A stretch of 64,000 bases of DNA from a virus. The notes under the pieces are model-generated. The model did not search any database. It was not told where the DNA came from and saw only the letters and a list, made by a program, of their open reading frames with translations. A program made the translations under genes and the position numbers. The first letter of the stretch is position 1, and each line of letters opens with the position of its first letter. The stretch lies in the IMG/VR virus record IMGVR_UViG_3300027659_000022, positions 1 through 64,000 of that record; one strand, 5' to 3'. Of this stretch, positions 20,244 to 30,777 are shown in pieces.

Positions 20244-20277
20244 TTTTTATTAATAAATATAGGATACGGAGTAGAAA

Positions 20278-23200
20278 ATGGCAGAATTCAAACTAGGTAG
20301 AATTAGATTTGTATGGAAAAATGACTGGAACCCTTCCACCGTCTATTACATAGACGATGTGATAAGATACGGTGCCCGCACCTATATCTGTGCTGTAGGT
20401 CATACCTCCGCAGCGGATTTTAACACAGATCTAGAATACAGTCCTACCAAATGGAATCAAATGAGCGACGGCCAATCATGGACCGGCGATTGGAATACTT
20501 CTACATTCTACAAACTTAATGATGTGGTGAAATATGGCGGATTGTTATATATCTGCAATGACAGTCACACATCTACAGCCACAACAGCATCAGGTCTAGA
20601 AGCTGATCAAGCCAAATGGACATTATATGCCGAAGGATTTGATTGGAAAAATTCTTGGTCAGTCAGCACACGATACAAGGTAAATGATCTAGTTAGATAC
20701 GGCGGTTACACTTATGTATGTAATACCTATCATACATCTGCAGCCACAGCCGCATCGGGACTAGAAGCTGATCAAGCTAAATGGGACAGTTTCAACCAAG
20801 GCATAGAATACAAAGGTACCTGGGTCACCGCTACCAGATATAAACTCAATGATGTTATAAAATATGGTGCAGGACTTTGGATCTGTACCACACAGCACAC
20901 TGCTGATGCCGCATTCTTAACAGACAGCACTGCAGGTCGTTGGGCACAATTTGCAGAAGGTATTGAATTTGAAGATACATGGAGTTCTGGAACTCTATAC
21001 CAACCAGGAGACATAGTTCGATACGGTGGTAATCAATACGTAGCAAAAAATATTCACTCAGCGATTGTTCCATCGACAGGCACATCAAATTGGGATTTAT
21101 ACAGCGAAGGATTCAAATTTCAATCAGACTGGAATGATAGTACTTCTTACAAAATCGGTGAAGTTGTTAGACTTCGCGGATATACCTATCTAGCCACAGC
21201 AGACAATACTAATCAAGAGCCACCTAATGTCACATATTGGCAAAGACTTACTTCTGGTATTGCTTGGCAAGGAGAATGGACTGACGATATAAATTATAAA
21301 TTAGGCGATGCAGTGAGATTTGGCGCAAATGCCTATATCTGTCTTCTGGCACACAGATCAGAAGGTGACGATGGATCAACTATAGGACCAGAAGGCGGAG
21401 GTGCTGCTAATAGTAGACCAGATCAAGACAGCACAGGTACCTATTGGAGCTTACTAAACATCGGTTCTGAAACTGATATCTTATCAGTTCGTGGAGATTT
21501 AGTTTACTACAGCGGTTCGGGCCCTACAAGATTACCTATCGGACGTGAAGGTCAAGTTCTACGGTCCGACGGTGTAGACCCAGAATGGGCCACACTAGGC
21601 GAAATTGATCACAATTATTTTGTAGCACCACACGGCACAGATCTTCCTGCACCTATACATGGCAAGACCTGGGATAAGCCATGGAAGACTATTCGATATG
21701 CCTGTGAACAGGTAGAACGTGGCCCTAGAAATCCCGATGCCACATATCTATTAGAACTTAATCGTGTGTTCATACAACGAGAAACCACAGAATTCATACA
21801 GAATCAGATCACTAACAACATAGCACCGTTCACATCGGCATTTGTCTACGACGATTTCAAATGTGAAAGAGATGTGGGATTTGTTGTAGATGCATTGATC
21901 TATGATCTTAGACATGGCGGCAACGTCAAAACTAGAGGAGCAGCTAATGCTCTCATAGGTGGACTCAGCGCAGAAGAAACAGAAGCATATCCTGGTCTAG
22001 CTGCAGAATCAGACGAATCCATAGCGGCCTATAATTACATGGTCACTGTAGTCGAGGATGTACTAGCACAGACAGCTCCAGCAGTGAACTATCAGACCTT
22101 GAACGGTGACAATTCAACTGCCACAGTATCGCAGTATTTCAATGCTGACCTCACAGCAGAACCAGGAGCATATACCACAGCAGCTGGTTTAGTTGAAGTA
22201 ATCACTGATGCTATCACTGCCCGTGCAGCAGCAGTAACCGCTCCACAGATCGCAGCAGCATTGGCCAGTGTGCCTGCTCGTAGAAGTCCTAACAATCTTA
22301 TCAGCATTGCTACTGGGCAATACAGAGAAACGTTGCCTATCATTGTTCCAGAACAGACCTGCGTGATTGGAGACGAATTAAGATCCACAAACGCTGGTCC
22401 TGCTGGTAGCTTGACGAATCTTGCAGATTCTTACTATTCTATGGGTGCGCTGTCAAGACTAGAAACAGTAGTCAGTCAAATTATCACTGGCTCTAACGTC
22501 ACAGAAAGCTCAGGAAACACTGCTACACAGAGTGCAGCATTTCCGTATGCCAGCGCAGATGAACAGGCAGATATCACACAGCTGGTAAGAGTAATACAGC
22601 ATCAGATCGATTATCGAATCAGCACCACTCACATGGTTACCAACACAGATCCTACAGGTTACGATACTGCTTATCTCACAGGCTACGGTGATGCTAGAAC
22701 ACTGATAAAAGAAAACAAAGAATTTATCAAAGCTGAAATCATCGCCTTTATCACTGAAAACTACCCTTCAGTGAAATATTCTAGAACCATATGCAAACGA
22801 GACACAGGTTTTATTGTCGATGCTATGGTCTATGACTTGACCTATGGCGGTTTTACGCAGACACTGAATGCAGGATTAGCCTATTTTGACGGCACCACAG
22901 GGCTGGAAATTGACGCATCAGAAGTCACTGCTACTGTGGCTGCTTATGGTAGATTAAAAACTGTGATGCAAGAAATCGCTGCTAACACCACAGTGACCAA
23001 ATCCACAGGTAATGCTGCTACACAATGGACCGATGCGACTAATCTCACAGGTGGGTCTGCAGCCAGCGCATTCATCGGCGCTAACATTGACAACATCACT
23101 AACCTATTAGCAGGCGATTCCACCGCAGCTACTCCTCCTATCGTTACAGTGACTTCGATAACTGGCACAGACACCTTTGTTACTGCTGGTCACAGTCTAC

Positions 23201-26200
23201 AAGCAGGCGACCTAGTGGTTCCTATTGAAACACAGAACGGACTCACTGTAGGCACACGTTATTACGTAATTGCATCAGGACTTACAGCTACTGATTTCAA
23301 GGTATCAACAAGTTATGCGGGTGCAGCAGCCACAGGATTTACTAACGGTTCTGGTTTAACCTTGGTAATGACCTACGAGGATCGTCCGATTGCCACCAAC
23401 GCTGTAACTTCTACCACAGCACTAATTACTGCATTTACAACTCTAAGTGCGGCGGCTCAGACTATTGTATCAAACATGACAGTTTATATTGATGCAAACT
23501 TTCCATCATTAACCTATGATCCTAATAAGTGTGAAAGAGATGCTAGAATTATCTTAGATGCAGTAGGCTATGACTTCATGTTTAACGCCAACGGACAAAC
23601 TAGAAATGCAGCTTACGCTTATCTAAGAGCCAGTGCCAGCGATGTTTATAGTCTAGGACAGAAAGCAGCCACCCGAGCAGCATTTAGTTATGTGAAAACA
23701 CAAGCCAAGGCCAACGTAGGCGGTGATGCTACTGCACAGGCTCGCATTGAAACACTGATGACTCTGTTAGATGATATCATTTATGGCGCCACCAACGAAG
23801 GTAGTCGCTGTGCTTCTGGTAACAGGATGGTGGATTACGCAGTTCTGCAGTTAGAAAGAAACAGAGATTATGTTGTTACAGAGATCGATGCGTACATAGA
23901 CTCAACATATACAACCACAGTAACGAATGCCACAGCGGCCACAGATGTGTTTACCTGCACCAGCACAGCTTGGATGCAGCGTAATGCAGCAGTGAGATTC
24001 TCAGGAACTGTATTTGGCGGTATTAGCACAGGTACAACATATTACATACAGAATGTTGTAAGCTCAACAACCTTTAAAATCTCAACTACAAGAGATTCAA
24101 ACACAGCACTAGACATTGCATCTAATGCATCTGGATCTATGACTGTGAGCTTGTATTACAGCAGTGAAGCATGCCTGCGAGACGTTGGTACATATATTGA
24201 CGCACTAAAATATGATTTGAAATATCCAGGCAACTACAAATCTCGATATGCCGCTAGATACTATGGTAACAGCGTGGTTGGCAGCCTAGAAGAAGACATG
24301 TATTATCTACGTGATGGTACAGGTGTTAGAGATCAGACACTGCAGGGACTCACAGGCGATCTTTTAGCACCTAATGAGTACGGTACATCAAGAGTTTCGG
24401 CCGGAGCCTACTGTTCCTTGGATCCAGGTTGGGGTCCAGAAGATTACCGTACCTGGATCAACACTCGCTCACCATACGTACAAGGGGTGACCACACTGGG
24501 TACAGCCGCCGTGGGACAGAAGATCGACGGCTCGCTGCACAATGGTGGTAATGATTCCATCGTTTCCAACGACTTCACACAGGTTATATCAGACGGTATT
24601 GGTGCTTGGATCACCAACAACGGTCGTGCTGAATTGGTATCAGTGTTCTCATACTATGCGCACATCGGATATCTAGCAGAAAATGGTGGTAGGATCCGTG
24701 GCACCAACGGTAACTGTTCATACGGAGATTTTGGAGCTGTGGCAGAAGGATTTGATGCCAGTGAAACACCTGGCACAGCCGTAGTAGATAATAGACTGCA
24801 ATTTGAAGCAGTTATTGATCGCATTGTCACAGACGGATCGGCACTGACACAATTTGAATTTACCAATGCTGGTATTGATTACACTGAAGTCACATATGTC
24901 ATTACAGGTGGCGGCACTGGAGGATCAGTTCAGCAGGATGAATTCCGTGATGACGCTGTGTTCGAAGTACGCATGTTGGATCTAGTTGAAGACAGTACCG
25001 ACGCTGAAGAAGCTGTAGGTAATTTTGGTGGATTTGGTTATATTACAAATTCCAACACCTGCCAGGGCGGCACATCAACTTCAGTGACTATTGCTGCCAC
25101 AGATAGTGAGACCAGCACAGCCTATATAGGTATGAAAATCGTGCTCACAGGCGGTGCAGGTGTAGGACAGTTTGGTATTATCGACACATATAATTCAGGC
25201 ACTAAAGTAGCAGGCTTGGTCAAAGAATCCGATGGCACAGCAGGATTTGATCATTTGATAGCAGGCACAGCAATAGTATCACCAGATGCTTCTAGCACCT
25301 ATATCATCGAACCAAGAGTAACATTCTCAGCACCCGGCTACACATCCACAGCAGCTACACTGCCAACCTCAGGCACATGGACCGCTGTCAAATACGGAGA
25401 AACCGCAGCGGTATACGCATCAGTCACCGGCACCTACAGTGGTGCCGGTGTTGGTGCTACATTTACTGTGATACGCAACGGATGGAAATACACACCGTCC
25501 TTACAGACCGCTGGTACAGGATATGTGAGATTACAAACCATTACCATACTGGGAACCAGTCTCGGTGGGTTGAGCACAGCCAACGACCTAGTGATAACCA
25601 TCACCGCGGTTAATGCTGCAACTGGAGCTATCTTAAACTTTGATCATGCAGGATATGGCATAGGTGGCAGATATGTAGCTCTAAGAGGTGGCAGCACAGT
25701 GGGCGCAACATCTGAAGATGGTATTGCATGGGATACTCGAGCCAGCTTAATGCCGAGTGCGGCAAACTGGTCAGCTATGACTGCTGGCTTGTTTGATGAC
25801 GGATCCACAGTGGGCAAAGTCAGCAAATTCGTAGCAGTTGCTGGAACCTCAGCCAACACCACAGGTGCATATTCAGATGACGGCATTACTTGGTCAGCCG
25901 CCAGTATGCAGACATCAGCAACATGGGTAGATGTGGCATTTGGTGGTTTCAGCGCACAGAAATTTGTAGCAATAGCCAGCGATGTAACCACTGTGCGGAT
26001 CAGCAATGATGGTGAAAACTGGGATCAAACTGGCACACTTACCACCACTGGTTTCACAGCTATTGCATACGGTAAAAACAGATTCGTAGCCATCAAGAGT
26101 GGAACCGCAGTTACAAATTATGCTACCACATCAGGAGTCACGGGCACATGGACTGCAGGCACACTGCCAAGTTCATCGAACTGGAACAGTATAGCCTACG

Positions 26201-27558
26201 GTAATAACAGATTCGTAGCTGTGTCTAACACCAGTGGTACTGTAGCTGCCTACAGTCTAGATGGTATTACGTGGACTGCCAGCACACTGCCATCAACAGC
26301 ACAATGGACCAAGGTCACATACGGTCAAGGAGTATTCCTTGCTGTGAGTACAACCACAGCAGCAGCAACTTCTCCAGACGGTATCACATGGACTCTAAGA
26401 GCTACATCTACAGCAGCCAGTGGATTCTCAGCTGTCACTTTTGGTAACAGAAATCGTTATGGTCAATTTGTAGGTGTTGGCGCTAGCACAGGCACAGTAG
26501 CCACATACATTAGAACTGGAGCCACTGCTAGAGCTCGTGCGTTGGTGGCATCTAACAAGATATTCCAGATTAACATCACAGAGCCTGGTTCTGGATATAC
26601 TACTGAACCAACTATAACATTCACGGATCCTAACAACACCTTTGAAGCACCAGTAACCGTGAGACGAGGATCGGGAGTATTGGCCAATCCATCGTTTGTT
26701 AACCGAGGCACGCAGTATGTCACCAGCAGCTGTGAAGTAGACATCGGCGACGGTTACGCCAACGTGTTCCAACCAGGCGCATTTGTAGCAGTGAGACAGA
26801 TCACTGAACAACCAACTCCGGGATCTAATGTGGTGTTTGGACATCTACCAGATCGCACATTTAAATTAGTGAATGTTATCACGTTCTTGGGCGTCAACGA
26901 TGGAGCCTACACCGCATTCTTACAGATCAGTCCTAATTTAACCATCGGCGAAGCACCTGAAGATGCTGTAACGGTCACCACCAGACTGCGTTATAGCCAG
27001 TGTCGTTTAACTGGGCATGACTTCTTGGACATAGGTACTGGTAGTTTTATTGAAACTAACTATCCTAACTCTCCGTTGCAGCCGCCTATTCCAGCCAACG
27101 AAGCAGTTGATTCCAACGGTGGCCGTGTGTTCTTTACAAGCACAGACCAGGACGGTAACTTCCGAGTTGGCGACCTGTTTAACATTGAACAATCAACTGG
27201 TATTGCTACATTAAATGCTGATGCTTTTAATATTTCGGGCCTGCAAGAACTTAATTTAGGCAACGTGACACTAGGTGGCGGTTCGGCTACGATCACTGAA
27301 TTCTCTACAGACCCGTTCTTTACTGCGGATTCAGACAATATCGTACCTACACAGAGAGCGATCAAAGCCTATATTGGCAGCCAAATTGGTGGTGGTGGTG
27401 CTAGCTTGAACGTTAACTCAGTGACAGCAGGATCAGTGTTTATCAGCTCAAATATCATAACTACTACCACAGGCGGTGCGATTAAAATGAATGCTACCTT
27501 TGATTTCAGAGGGGGAGTAACTGGCCTTCCGTTGGCATTCAACTACTTTTTAAACTAA
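20278..27558 (+). CDS. giant tail fibre/baseplate-associated protein (2426 aa), paralog of 14631
   Basis: MAEFKLGRIRFVW start; the same CBM-like repeats, SLDPGWGP and GHDFLDIGTG blocks and Asp-box repeats; extra central helical repeats (KCERD..IVDA..YDL); TAAATA at 20254 and GGAG SD. Confidence 0.75.
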   Translation: MAEFKLGRIRFVWKNDWNPSTVYYIDDVIRYGARTYICAVGHTSAADFNTDLEYSPTKWNQMSDGQSWTGDWNTSTFYKLNDVVKYGGLLYICNDSHTSTATTASGLEADQAKWTLYAEGFDWKNSWSVSTRYKVNDLVRYGGYTYVCNTYHTSAATAASGLEADQAKWDSFNQGIEYKGTWVTATRYKLNDVIKYGAGLWICTTQHTADAAFLTDSTAGRWAQFAEGIEFEDTWSSGTLYQPGDIVRYGGNQYVAKNIHSAIVPSTGTSNWDLYSEGFKFQSDWNDSTSYKIGEVVRLRGYTYLATADNTNQEPPNVTYWQRLTSGIAWQGEWTDDINYKLGDAVRFGANAYICLLAHRSEGDDGSTIGPEGGGAANSRPDQDSTGTYWSLLNIGSETDILSVRGDLVYYSGSGPTRLPIGREGQVLRSDGVDPEWATLGEIDHNYFVAPHGTDLPAPIHGKTWDKPWKTIRYACEQVERGPRNPDATYLLELNRVFIQRETTEFIQNQITNNIAPFTSAFVYDDFKCERDVGFVVDALIYDLRHGGNVKTRGAANALIGGLSAEETEAYPGLAAESDESIAAYNYMVTVVEDVLAQTAPAVNYQTLNGDNSTATVSQYFNADLTAEPGAYTTAAGLVEVITDAITARAAAVTAPQIAAALASVPARRSPNNLISIATGQYRETLPIIVPEQTCVIGDELRSTNAGPAGSLTNLADSYYSMGALSRLETVVSQIITGSNVTESSGNTATQSAAFPYASADEQADITQLVRVIQHQIDYRISTTHMVTNTDPTGYDTAYLTGYGDARTLIKENKEFIKAEIIAFITENYPSVKYSRTICKRDTGFIVDAMVYDLTYGGFTQTLNAGLAYFDGTTGLEIDASEVTATVAAYGRLKTVMQEIAANTTVTKSTGNAATQWTDATNLTGGSAASAFIGANIDNITNLLAGDSTAATPPIVTVTSITGTDTFVTAGHSLQAGDLVVPIETQNGLTVGTRYYVIASGLTATDFKVSTSYAGAAATGFTNGSGLTLVMTYEDRPIATNAVTSTTALITAFTTLSAAAQTIVSNMTVYIDANFPSLTYDPNKCERDARIILDAVGYDFMFNANGQTRNAAYAYLRASASDVYSLGQKAATRAAFSYVKTQAKANVGGDATAQARIETLMTLLDDIIYGATNEGSRCASGNRMVDYAVLQLERNRDYVVTEIDAYIDSTYTTTVTNATAATDVFTCTSTAWMQRNAAVRFSGTVFGGISTGTTYYIQNVVSSTTFKISTTRDSNTALDIASNASGSMTVSLYYSSEACLRDVGTYIDALKYDLKYPGNYKSRYAARYYGNSVVGSLEEDMYYLRDGTGVRDQTLQGLTGDLLAPNEYGTSRVSAGAYCSLDPGWGPEDYRTWINTRSPYVQGVTTLGTAAVGQKIDGSLHNGGNDSIVSNDFTQVISDGIGAWITNNGRAELVSVFSYYAHIGYLAENGGRIRGTNGNCSYGDFGAVAEGFDASETPGTAVVDNRLQFEAVIDRIVTDGSALTQFEFTNAGIDYTEVTYVITGGGTGGSVQQDEFRDDAVFEVRMLDLVEDSTDAEEAVGNFGGFGYITNSNTCQGGTSTSVTIAATDSETSTAYIGMKIVLTGGAGVGQFGIIDTYNSGTKVAGLVKESDGTAGFDHLIAGTAIVSPDASSTYIIEPRVTFSAPGYTSTAATLPTSGTWTAVKYGETAAVYASVTGTYSGAGVGATFTVIRNGWKYTPSLQTAGTGYVRLQTITILGTSLGGLSTANDLVITITAVNAATGAILNFDHAGYGIGGRYVALRGGSTVGATSEDGIAWDTRASLMPSAANWSAMTAGLFDDGSTVGKVSKFVAVAGTSANTTGAYSDDGITWSAASMQTSATWVDVAFGGFSAQKFVAIASDVTTVRISNDGENWDQTGTLTTTGFTAIAYGKNRFVAIKSGTAVTNYATTSGVTGTWTAGTLPSSSNWNSIAYGNNRFVAVSNTSGTVAAYSLDGITWTASTLPSTAQWTKVTYGQGVFLAVSTTTAAATSPDGITWTLRATSTAASGFSAVTFGNRNRYGQFVGVGASTGTVATYIRTGATARARALVASNKIFQINITEPGSGYTTEPTITFTDPNNTFEAPVTVRRGSGVLANPSFVNRGTQYVTSSCEVDIGDGYANVFQPGAFVAVRQITEQPTPGSNVVFGHLPDRTFKLVNVITFLGVNDGAYTAFLQISPNLTIGEAPEDAVTVTTRLRYSQCRLTGHDFLDIGTGSFIETNYPNSPLQPPIPANEAVDSNGGRVFFTSTDQDGNFRVGDLFNIEQSTGIATLNADAFNISGLQELNLGNVTLGGGSATITEFSTDPFFTADSDNIVPTQRAIKAYIGSQIGGGGASLNVNSVTAGSVFISSNIITTTTGGAIKMNATFDFRGGVTGLPLAFNYFLN
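24616..24668 (+). repeat. 53-bp perfect direct repeat, copy 2
   Basis: Identical to 17154-17206. Confidence 0.9.
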
Positions 27559-27580
27559 ATATATACATGGAGAACAAATT

Positions 27581-27901
27581 ATGGCAACAGGAAGACTAGG
27601 AGTAGCAGATCTCTCAGCAGCTACTAATACCACATTATACACAGTGCCTGCAAGTACATTCGCAGTTGTAACTGTAAATGTGGTAAACAGGGGTGCATCA
27701 GCGGCTGCTGTAAGAATAGCAGTGGCTTCTACAGCATCTCCAGCAGATTCAGAATATATCGAATATGACGTTAGCCTAGCTGCAAAAGGTGTGGTAGAAC
27801 GCACAGGTATTGTTATGGATGCAGGAAAGCTCTTGGTAGTACGATCAAGTGCAGTAAGTGTAAATGCTGTGGTTTACGGCATCGAAACTTCAACTGCGTA
27901 A
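27581..27901 (+). CDS. small beta-sandwich fibre adaptor-like protein (paralog 3 of 3)
   Basis: TTLYTVPA...VNVVNR...YIEYD...ERTGIVM...VYGIE; TAAATA at 27556 and GGAG SD. Confidence 0.65.
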   Translation: MATGRLGVADLSAATNTTLYTVPASTFAVVTVNVVNRGASAAAVRIAVASTASPADSEYIEYDVSLAAKGVVERTGIVMDAGKLLVVRSSAVSVNAVVYGIETSTA

Positions 27902-27914
27902 CTAGGAGAATCAA

Positions 27915-28592
27915 ATGGGTAGAAAACATACAGCAGGATCGGTTGGTAATCAAGGTGTTGGCGGTGTTCAAGTTGATAACACCACGTTGTCTGCTGCTGA
28001 CAATCAAAACATCACCATTGATGCATCCGGAACCGGTTTATTTGTAATCGCAAGTGATACACTGATACAGGCTCAAGGCGACTTGAGATTTGGTGATGCT
28101 GACAGTTCTAATTATGTTGGGTTCCAGGCTCCAGGAACAGTTTCAGCTAATGTGTTATGGACACTGCCCGCAACTGACGGATCTAACACACAGGCGTTGA
28201 CTACCAACGGATCAGGTACATTGTCTTGGGCCACGAATTCCGTAGTCATATCTGACGAAGCCGCAGACGCTGCTTCCAACTATGTGGCGTTTACAACAGC
28301 CACTACAGGACAAATTACCACAGCTAGAGTCAGCAGTACTAAACTTACCTTTCAGCCAAGTTCTGGAACACTGACATCTACCGTTGTGACTTCAACAGGA
28401 AACACCACTGTTGGTGCAAATCTAAACATAACTGGAATTCCCAGTATCACTGGAAGCTTTCCGGTGTACCAAAATCAAACCAGTATAAACACTTATACAA
28501 TACCTGCAGGAACCAACGCTATGAGTGCAGGACCAATAACTATTGCTGCTGGACAAACGGTGACAGTTAATGGAGATTGGAGCATAGTCTAA
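27915..28592 (+). CDS. tail fibre shaft protein
   Basis: WTLPATDG...LTTNGSGTLSW fibre repeat; C-terminal TIP..NAMSAGPITI..VTV..W.IV motif; AGGAG SD. Confidence 0.7.
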   Translation: MGRKHTAGSVGNQGVGGVQVDNTTLSAADNQNITIDASGTGLFVIASDTLIQAQGDLRFGDADSSNYVGFQAPGTVSANVLWTLPATDGSNTQALTTNGSGTLSWATNSVVISDEAADAASNYVAFTTATTGQITTARVSSTKLTFQPSSGTLTSTVVTSTGNTTVGANLNITGIPSITGSFPVYQNQTSINTYTIPAGTNAMSAGPITIAAGQTVTVNGDWSIV

Positions 28593-29158
28593 TGAGCACA
28601 CTGGTCACTGACGAATTACAAGGACCACATGAGGCCAACCATCTCATAGCAATGCCAAACAACACTACCTTGTACGCTGCTGGGCAGACAATACAAACTG
28701 TTTGGAGAAAATTTCAAGGTGTGCAGACCTATAACAGCTATAATGATAACACCAGTAGACCAATCAGTGGATTGGATGTTAATATCACACTTAAGAGAGC
28801 CAACAGTAAAGTTATCCTAAAATGGTGGATTTTTTATGAAGCCCATCATGATATAACATTTCAGGCAATCCGTGGGGGCACAGTAATTGGATTCAACTCA
28901 GAAGTTGGTAATGTTAGATACAGCGGTATGGGTGGTGCTGACTATGAACATTCACATGATCAAAATAGTACCCCAACATACCAGCATCATTGCTGGATTG
29001 ACTCCCCAGGCACAGTTGGTCCGCACACTTATCAAATAGGTTCAAGATCATCTTCAAGTGCAAACTATGATATTCGTATGAATCGTTCTTGGAATGGTCC
29101 AACTGATGACCACGAAGTGGGTATAAGCTGGTGTGTGGTAGAGGAGATAGCTGTATGA
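28592..29158 (+). CDS. putative fibre-tip/receptor-binding module, family A copy 1
   Basis: Start re-called to ATG 28592 (TAATG overlap); G..IQ.V, L.V.IT..NSKV, PGT...TY, DDHEVG...EEI. Confidence 0.65.
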   Translation: MSTLVTDELQGPHEANHLIAMPNNTTLYAAGQTIQTVWRKFQGVQTYNSYNDNTSRPISGLDVNITLKRANSKVILKWWIFYEAHHDITFQAIRGGTVIGFNSEVGNVRYSGMGGADYEHSHDQNSTPTYQHHCWIDSPGTVGPHTYQIGSRSSSSANYDIRMNRSWNGPTDDHEVGISWCVVEEIAV

Positions 29159-29709
29159 GCGTGACTCTTAACAATCTCCAACCACAATCAGGCACAGAAA
29201 TCGTATTCAATGCCGCACATCAGATGCAGCACCAAGGTAAAGTTGTGCAGACTCAGACAGTAACTACTCATGTGCGAACCACTTATTCAGCAACCAACAG
29301 CGGAAATGGCAATGTGATCACTCAGCTAAATTTACTCATCACACCATATCGTGCGGACAGTTACATTTGGTTGCGATGGACAGTGGCCTATGAAATGCAT
29401 CATGACACATCGTTTGTTGTACAACGCGATGGTACTTTAATTGGATACAATTTAGATATAGGTAATACTAGATGGAGTAATATACTTACTCCGCAATATG
29501 ATAATGATTACTCATCAACACCCCAGGTTAGTACTATAAATTGGTTTGATCTTGCGGGATCAACTGCTGCGAGAACCTATCAATTAGCTGTAAGAAGCAG
29601 TGGCGGCAGCAACCATACATTTGCTCTTAATAGAACTCTTGGTTCCACAGGCACAGACGGTCACGAGATTGGGGTTAGTCATGGTATAGCAAGGGAGATC
29701 AGTGGATGA
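29155..29709 (+). CDS. putative fibre-tip module, family A copy 2
   Basis: ATGA overlap; GKVVQ, ITP..DS.I, YEMHHD, DGHEIGVS..REI. Confidence 0.65.
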   Translation: MSVTLNNLQPQSGTEIVFNAAHQMQHQGKVVQTQTVTTHVRTTYSATNSGNGNVITQLNLLITPYRADSYIWLRWTVAYEMHHDTSFVVQRDGTLIGYNLDIGNTRWSNILTPQYDNDYSSTPQVSTINWFDLAGSTAARTYQLAVRSSGGSNHTFALNRTLGSTGTDGHEIGVSHGIAREISG

Positions 29710-30320
29710 CCTTAAAAGTAAACAATATTTCAGGAACCAGCGGCGTTGTTCGCGTGGCACATCCCAACGCCATATATCAACCAGGACAGATCATACAGGT
29801 CAAATGGAGCCGTGCCATGCAGCGTCTACGTTACAATATCCCTAACAACGACGGTGGAAGCCGAGGCGATGTTTTTGCCACGGGTATCTCAGAAGGTGGC
29901 ACCATCATACGTCCCTTGGATGTTACAATCACTCCAAAAAGTCTAGACAGTTATATCTTTGTGGAATTTTGTGTGGCCTATGAAGCCACAAACAATATTG
30001 TGTTTAACATAGTCAGAGACGGAATGTTAGTCGGTGCGTCATTTGCCAACGTCAACGATCAAACATACAATAGTAGATGGACTGGTGCAGGTGTTAGTCG
30101 CTATGACAATAACGATTCATCAACACCGGGTCATATCTGCTTGCCTTGGGTAGACAGACCGGGAACCACAGATCCAGTAACCTACGGATTTGCTGCACGT
30201 AGTAGTGGCGGCAGCAACCATGAGTTCATGTTAAATACCACCTACGGCAGTTACCTAAACGGTCAAGACGATCATGAAGTTGGCGTGAGCTTTGGAATCG
30301 CACAAGAAATAGCATTTTAA
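29706..30320 (+). CDS. putative fibre-tip module, family A copy 3
   Basis: ATGA overlap; GQIIQV, ITPKS.DS.I, PGTT..VTY, DDHEVGVS..QEI. Confidence 0.65.
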   Translation: MTLKVNNISGTSGVVRVAHPNAIYQPGQIIQVKWSRAMQRLRYNIPNNDGGSRGDVFATGISEGGTIIRPLDVTITPKSLDSYIFVEFCVAYEATNNIVFNIVRDGMLVGASFANVNDQTYNSRWTGAGVSRYDNNDSSTPGHICLPWVDRPGTTDPVTYGFAARSSGGSNHEFMLNTTYGSYLNGQDDHEVGVSFGIAQEIAF

Positions 30321-30342
30321 AGAATAATAAGGATCTAATACA

Positions 30343-30777
30343 ATGGCAGACGAACAAACTAAAATTTTACCTGTGGCAACAGCACTGGGCGTGCTGTGTC
30401 CTAATAATAAATGGAGCATCGAAGCTGATGACCTAGCTACTCTAGTTTGGGATGACGATCCAGAAGCTAGACCCACAGATGAAGAGATTACTGCAAAAGC
30501 TCAAGAATTACTAGCGGCAGCTCCATTACGAAGACTGCGTCAAATGCGCGATGAACGCATGCGTGAAGTAGATTGGGTTACATTACGAGCAGCTAGAACT
30601 GGGGAACCTGTTCCCCAAGAATGGCGGGACTACATGCAGGCTCTAGCTGATATCACCGATCAAGTAGGCAATGCTACACTCAGTGGGAGAGAAATCTTTG
30701 GTGTAACATGGCCTGAGCGTCCAGACGGGAAGCCAGCAGGTAATCAGAGAGCCCAACGAGGATTATTCGGTCTATGA
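30343..30777 (+). CDS. phage tail fibre assembly chaperone-like protein
   Basis: AL..L.P...W...L.W......PT..EI, then LR..RD.....DW...W..Y.QAL.DI..Q...WP motif. Confidence 0.7.
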   Translation: MADEQTKILPVATALGVLCPNNKWSIEADDLATLVWDDDPEARPTDEEITAKAQELLAAAPLRRLRQMRDERMREVDWVTLRAARTGEPVPQEWRDYMQALADITDQVGNATLSGREIFGVTWPERPDGKPAGNQRAQRGLFGL

